Of a stretch of DNA of 64,000 nucleotides, positions 61,311 to 64,000 are shown piece after piece (the first letter of the stretch is position 1; each line of letters begins with the position of its first letter). The DNA comes from Candidatus Eiseniibacteriota bacterium (GTDB taxonomy: Bacteria; Eisenbacteria; RBG-16-71-46). The stretch lies in NCBI GenBank assembly GCA_963707915.1, contig OY970178.1, positions 992,001-1,056,000 on the forward strand. Reading direction: 5' to 3'. Under the pieces are notes generated by a model. It was not told the origin of the DNA, ran no database searches, and saw nothing but the letters and a program-made list of their open reading frames with translations. The translations under genes and the position numbers were made by a program.

Positions 61311-63628
61311 TCGAGGTTGTCCTCGAGCCAGCGCTGATCCACGAGCACGTCGCGGGCCTTGCTGCCCTGGAAGGGCCCGACCACGCCGAGCTGCTCGAGC
61401 TGGTCCATGAGGCGGCCGGCGCGCGAGTAGCCCACCTTGAGACGGCGCTGCAGCAGCGAGGTCGAGCCCTGCTGGTGGGCGACCACCAGGCGCGCGGCCT
61501 CGCGGATCAGCTCGTCGTCGAAGGAGCCGGCCTCGTCGTCGGTCTCGGCCTCGCTCTCGGCGGCGAGCGCCATGTCGGTGGCCAGCGCGGGCGGCGGCGG
61601 GGCGACGGCCGCCTTCGCCCGCCAGAACTCGACCACCGCCGCGGTCTCCTCCTCGGAGACGTAGGCGCCGTGGATGCGGTAGGGCTCGGGCTTGCCGGCC
61701 GGCGTGAACAGCATGTCGCCGTTGCCGAGCAGGTTCTCGGCCCCGTTCATGTCGAGCACGGTGCGCGAATCGGTCTTGGAGGCGACCTGGAACGCCATCC
61801 GCGAGGGGAAGTTCGCCTTGATGACGCCGGTGATGACGTCCACCGACGGCCGCTGGGTGGCGAGGATGAGGTGGATGCCCACGGCGCGCGCCATCTGCGC
61901 CAGGCGCGCCACCGGCTCCTCGATCTCCTGCGGAGCGGTGAGCATCAGGTCCGCCAGCTCGTCCACCACGATCACCAGGTAGGGCAGCTTCTCGGGCTTG
62001 ACCTCCTTGTCGCGCCGCTCGTCGAACTCCGCCGGCACCAGCCCGGCCGCGACCTTGTCGTTGTAGCCGGCGATGTTCCGCGCCCCGACCTTCGCCATGA
62101 GCTTGTAGCGCGTCTCCATCTCGCCGACGGCGCTGCGCAGCGCGCTGGCGGCCTTCTTGGCCTGGGTGAGCACCGGGAAGATCAGGTGCGGGATGCCGTT
62201 GTAGGCCGACAGCTCGAGCATCTTGGGGTCCACCATCACGAACCGCAGGGTGGTCTGGTCGTGCTGGAACAGCAGCCCGGTGATGATCGCGTTCAGGCAG
62301 ACGCTCTTGCCCGACCCGGTCGCTCCGGCGACCAGCAGGTGGGGCATCTTGGTCAGGTCGGCGACGAACGGCTGCCCCACCACGTCCACCCCCAGCGGGA
62401 CCTTGAGCGCCGCCTTGCTCGATTCGTATTCGGCCGACGAGAGCACCTCACGCAGATACACCGTGCGGCGCCGCCGGTTCGGAATCTCCACTCCCACCGC
62501 GGCCTTGCCGGGGATGGGAGCCAGGATGCGGATGCGCTGGGCCCGCAGCGCCATGGCCAGGTCGTCCTCGCGCGAGACGATCTGGCTGACCTTGACCCCG
62601 GGCGCCGGCTCGAACTCGAAGGTCGTCACGACCGGTCCCGGGTGGATCTCGGTCACGTGGCCCTGCACGTCGAAGTCCGCCAGCTTGGAAGTCAGCAGGT
62701 TGGCCTCGACCGTGAGGTCCTCCGTGGTGACGATGTCCTCGATCTGCAGCGGCATCTCGAGCAGGCTGAGCGAGGGGAAGGCCTCGGTGGGCACCTCGCG
62801 CGGCTTGTCGTCCCCCGCCGCCGCGACCGGCCGGAGCTTCGCCTCCCTGGGCTTCGGCCGCGCGTCGATCTTGAGGCCGACCGGCGGCGGCAGGTCCAGC
62901 TGGTCGAGGCGGCCGGACGGGGCCGGCGGCTGGGAGCTGATGCGCGGCCGGACCGGGGCCTCTGCGGGATCCTGTTCCTCCCTGGCGTTCGGCGGCCTCG
63001 GCCCGCCGGCCTTGGGCGGAGCGGACTTCGGCCTCGGCTTCGCCTTCTGCTCGCGGGCGCGCGCTTCGCGCCACTGGCCCCAGGCCGCGCCGAGCCCGAC
63101 GGCCGGGTCCACCACCGCGCGCCGCGCGATCCGCGCGATCCAGTGGAATCCCAGCTCGCTGGCCACCAGCACGCTCACGCCGAACACGGTCCCGGCCACG
63201 ATCCACGAGCCCACCTCACCCAGCGCCGAGCGCAGGGCGAGCGCCCCGGCGAAGCCCCACGATCCCGCCCATGCCAGGCGGTCGAGATCGCCCAGGCCGA
63301 GCAGCGTGCAGACCTCGAAGAGGATCAGCGCTCCGATGAGCGACGAGATGACCAGCGGGCCCGGCTTGTTGCCCCGCACCCGGTTCCAGGCCCAGCACGC
63401 GCTGAGCAGGGGCACGCCGTACGAGGCGAAGCGGCCGAAGGTCCAGACCAGGATGGTGGCCAGCGCGGCCCCCACCGGGCCGCAGGCGTTGGGAGGCGTC
63501 CACGGGCCGCGCCCCAGCAACGGCTCCTGCCAGGTGGCCACGCTCATGAGCGAGAGCACGGCGAAGGCCGCCAGCAGCAAGCCGACGATCTTGAGTTGCA
63601 GGCCGGTGGAGAGGGACTTGGAAGCCAT
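61307..63628 (-). CDS. ftsK: DNA translocase FtsK/SpoIIIE
   Basis: N-terminal TMs, Pro-rich linker, GATGSGKS, VVDELAD, ATQRPS, gamma domain LQRRLKVGYSRAGR. Confidence 0.97.
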   Translation of the reverse strand: MASKSLSTGLQLKIVGLLLAAFAVLSLMSVATWQEPLLGRGPWTPPNACGPVGAALATILVWTFGRFASYGVPLLSACWAWNRVRGNKPGPLVISSLIGALILFEVCTLLGLGDLDRLAWAGSWGFAGALALRSALGEVGSWIVAGTVFGVSVLVASELGFHWIARIARRAVVDPAVGLGAAWGQWREARAREQKAKPRPKSAPPKAGGPRPPNAREEQDPAEAPVRPRISSQPPAPSGRLDQLDLPPPVGLKIDARPKPREAKLRPVAAAGDDKPREVPTEAFPSLSLLEMPLQIEDIVTTEDLTVEANLLTSKLADFDVQGHVTEIHPGPVVTTFEFEPAPGVKVSQIVSREDDLAMALRAQRIRILAPIPGKAAVGVEIPNRRRRTVYLREVLSSAEYESSKAALKVPLGVDVVGQPFVADLTKMPHLLVAGATGSGKSVCLNAIITGLLFQHDQTTLRFVMVDPKMLELSAYNGIPHLIFPVLTQAKKAASALRSAVGEMETRYKLMAKVGARNIAGYNDKVAAGLVPAEFDERRDKEVKPEKLPYLVIVVDELADLMLTAPQEIEEPVARLAQMARAVGIHLILATQRPSVDVITGVIKANFPSRMAFQVASKTDSRTVLDMNGAENLLGNGDMLFTPAGKPEPYRIHGAYVSEEETAAVVEFWRAKAAVAPPPPALATDMALAAESEAETDDEAGSFDDELIREAARLVVAHQQGSTSLLQRRLKVGYSRAGRLMDQLEQLGVVGPFQGSKARDVLVDQRWLEDNLE

Positions 63629-63761
63629 GCGCGTTCGAGAGCCTCCCTGCCTGGGAAGGGGCGCCTCGCGGATCGGAGGCCGCACACTCGCGCCCCGCAG
63701 CAGGCCGGCGACAGGGACGCCGGGCCCGGTTCCCCGCCTCCCTGGCGGGTCACGCCAGCCC

Positions 63762-63790
63762 ATGATGCCTCAGGCGGGGGAAACGGGCAA
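63762..63790 (-). promoter_or_regulatory. Putative sigma-70 promoter of ftsK, overlapping the 3' end of the upstream gene
   Basis: TTGCCC-N17-CATCAT. Confidence 0.35.
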
Positions 63791-64000
63791 TCCGCCCTGG
63801 CCTGCCTTCGCCTCCAGCAGCACCACCGTCTGCCAGAGCCGGGGCAGGTGCAGGTGCTTCGTGAAGTGGCCGGGGAACACGCTCCAGGAACGCACGCGGA
63901 AACGGGATGCGAACTCCCACGGGTACCAGCCCGAGCGATGCGTCTCGTAGGGCTGGCCGGGGACCTCCTGCGGGCGGAAGCCCCACGGCGTGGCGACCAG
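63770..64000 (-). CDS. 3' end of a gene entering from the right edge; possibly a class I SAM-dependent methyltransferase
   Basis: Manual translation LVATPWGFRPQEVPGQPYETHRSGWYPWEF...VSPA*. The 'TP.GF..Q..PY..H.SGW' segment resembles small methyltransferase C-termini. Confidence 0.45.
   Translation of the reverse strand: MVATPWGFRPQEVPGQPYETHRSGWYPWEFASRFRVRSWSVFPGHFTKHLHLPRLWQTVVLLEAKAGQGGLPVSPA

Overview
This is a 64-kb stretch of very high-GC bacterial chromosome, almost all coded on the minus strand, with many ATGA/GTGA/TTGA stop-start overlaps. The organism is diderm (Tol-Pal, BamD, TonB-dependent receptor). PorV-like, GWxTD and FlgD-Ig/T9SS-type C-terminal domain (CTD) proteins suggest an FCB-related lineage such as Ca. 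Eisenbacteria; that placement is an inference. Most of the window is housekeeping: ftsK-rimO-hyp-bamD-nadD-polA-coaE-prfB(+1 frameshift)-pmm-mpg; pfkA-gap-pgk-tpiA-secG-tRNA-Leu; tolQR(A)B-pal-cpoB; hsp20-dnaK; murJ/uppP; rsgA, thrC-like, nfeD-slipin. The most notable elements are: (i) an outer-membrane cassette of unknown function (FadL/PorV-like barrel, TonB-dependent receptor, ~1000-aa CTD-bearing protein, PorV-like barrel, GWxTD protein) that looks like a SusD-independent receptor/accessory system; (ii) a gamma-carbonic-anhydrase-like/DinB fusion in a genome that has a compact bshC-bshB1-bshA bacillithiol operon; (iii) a CTD-bearing protein with 14 FG-GAP repeats; (iv) a sigma-54-type promoter and a switch-like hairpin in the hsp20-dnaK operon. 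I saw no CRISPR array, integrase, transposase or prophage. All calls come from reading motifs by eye; no searches were run.
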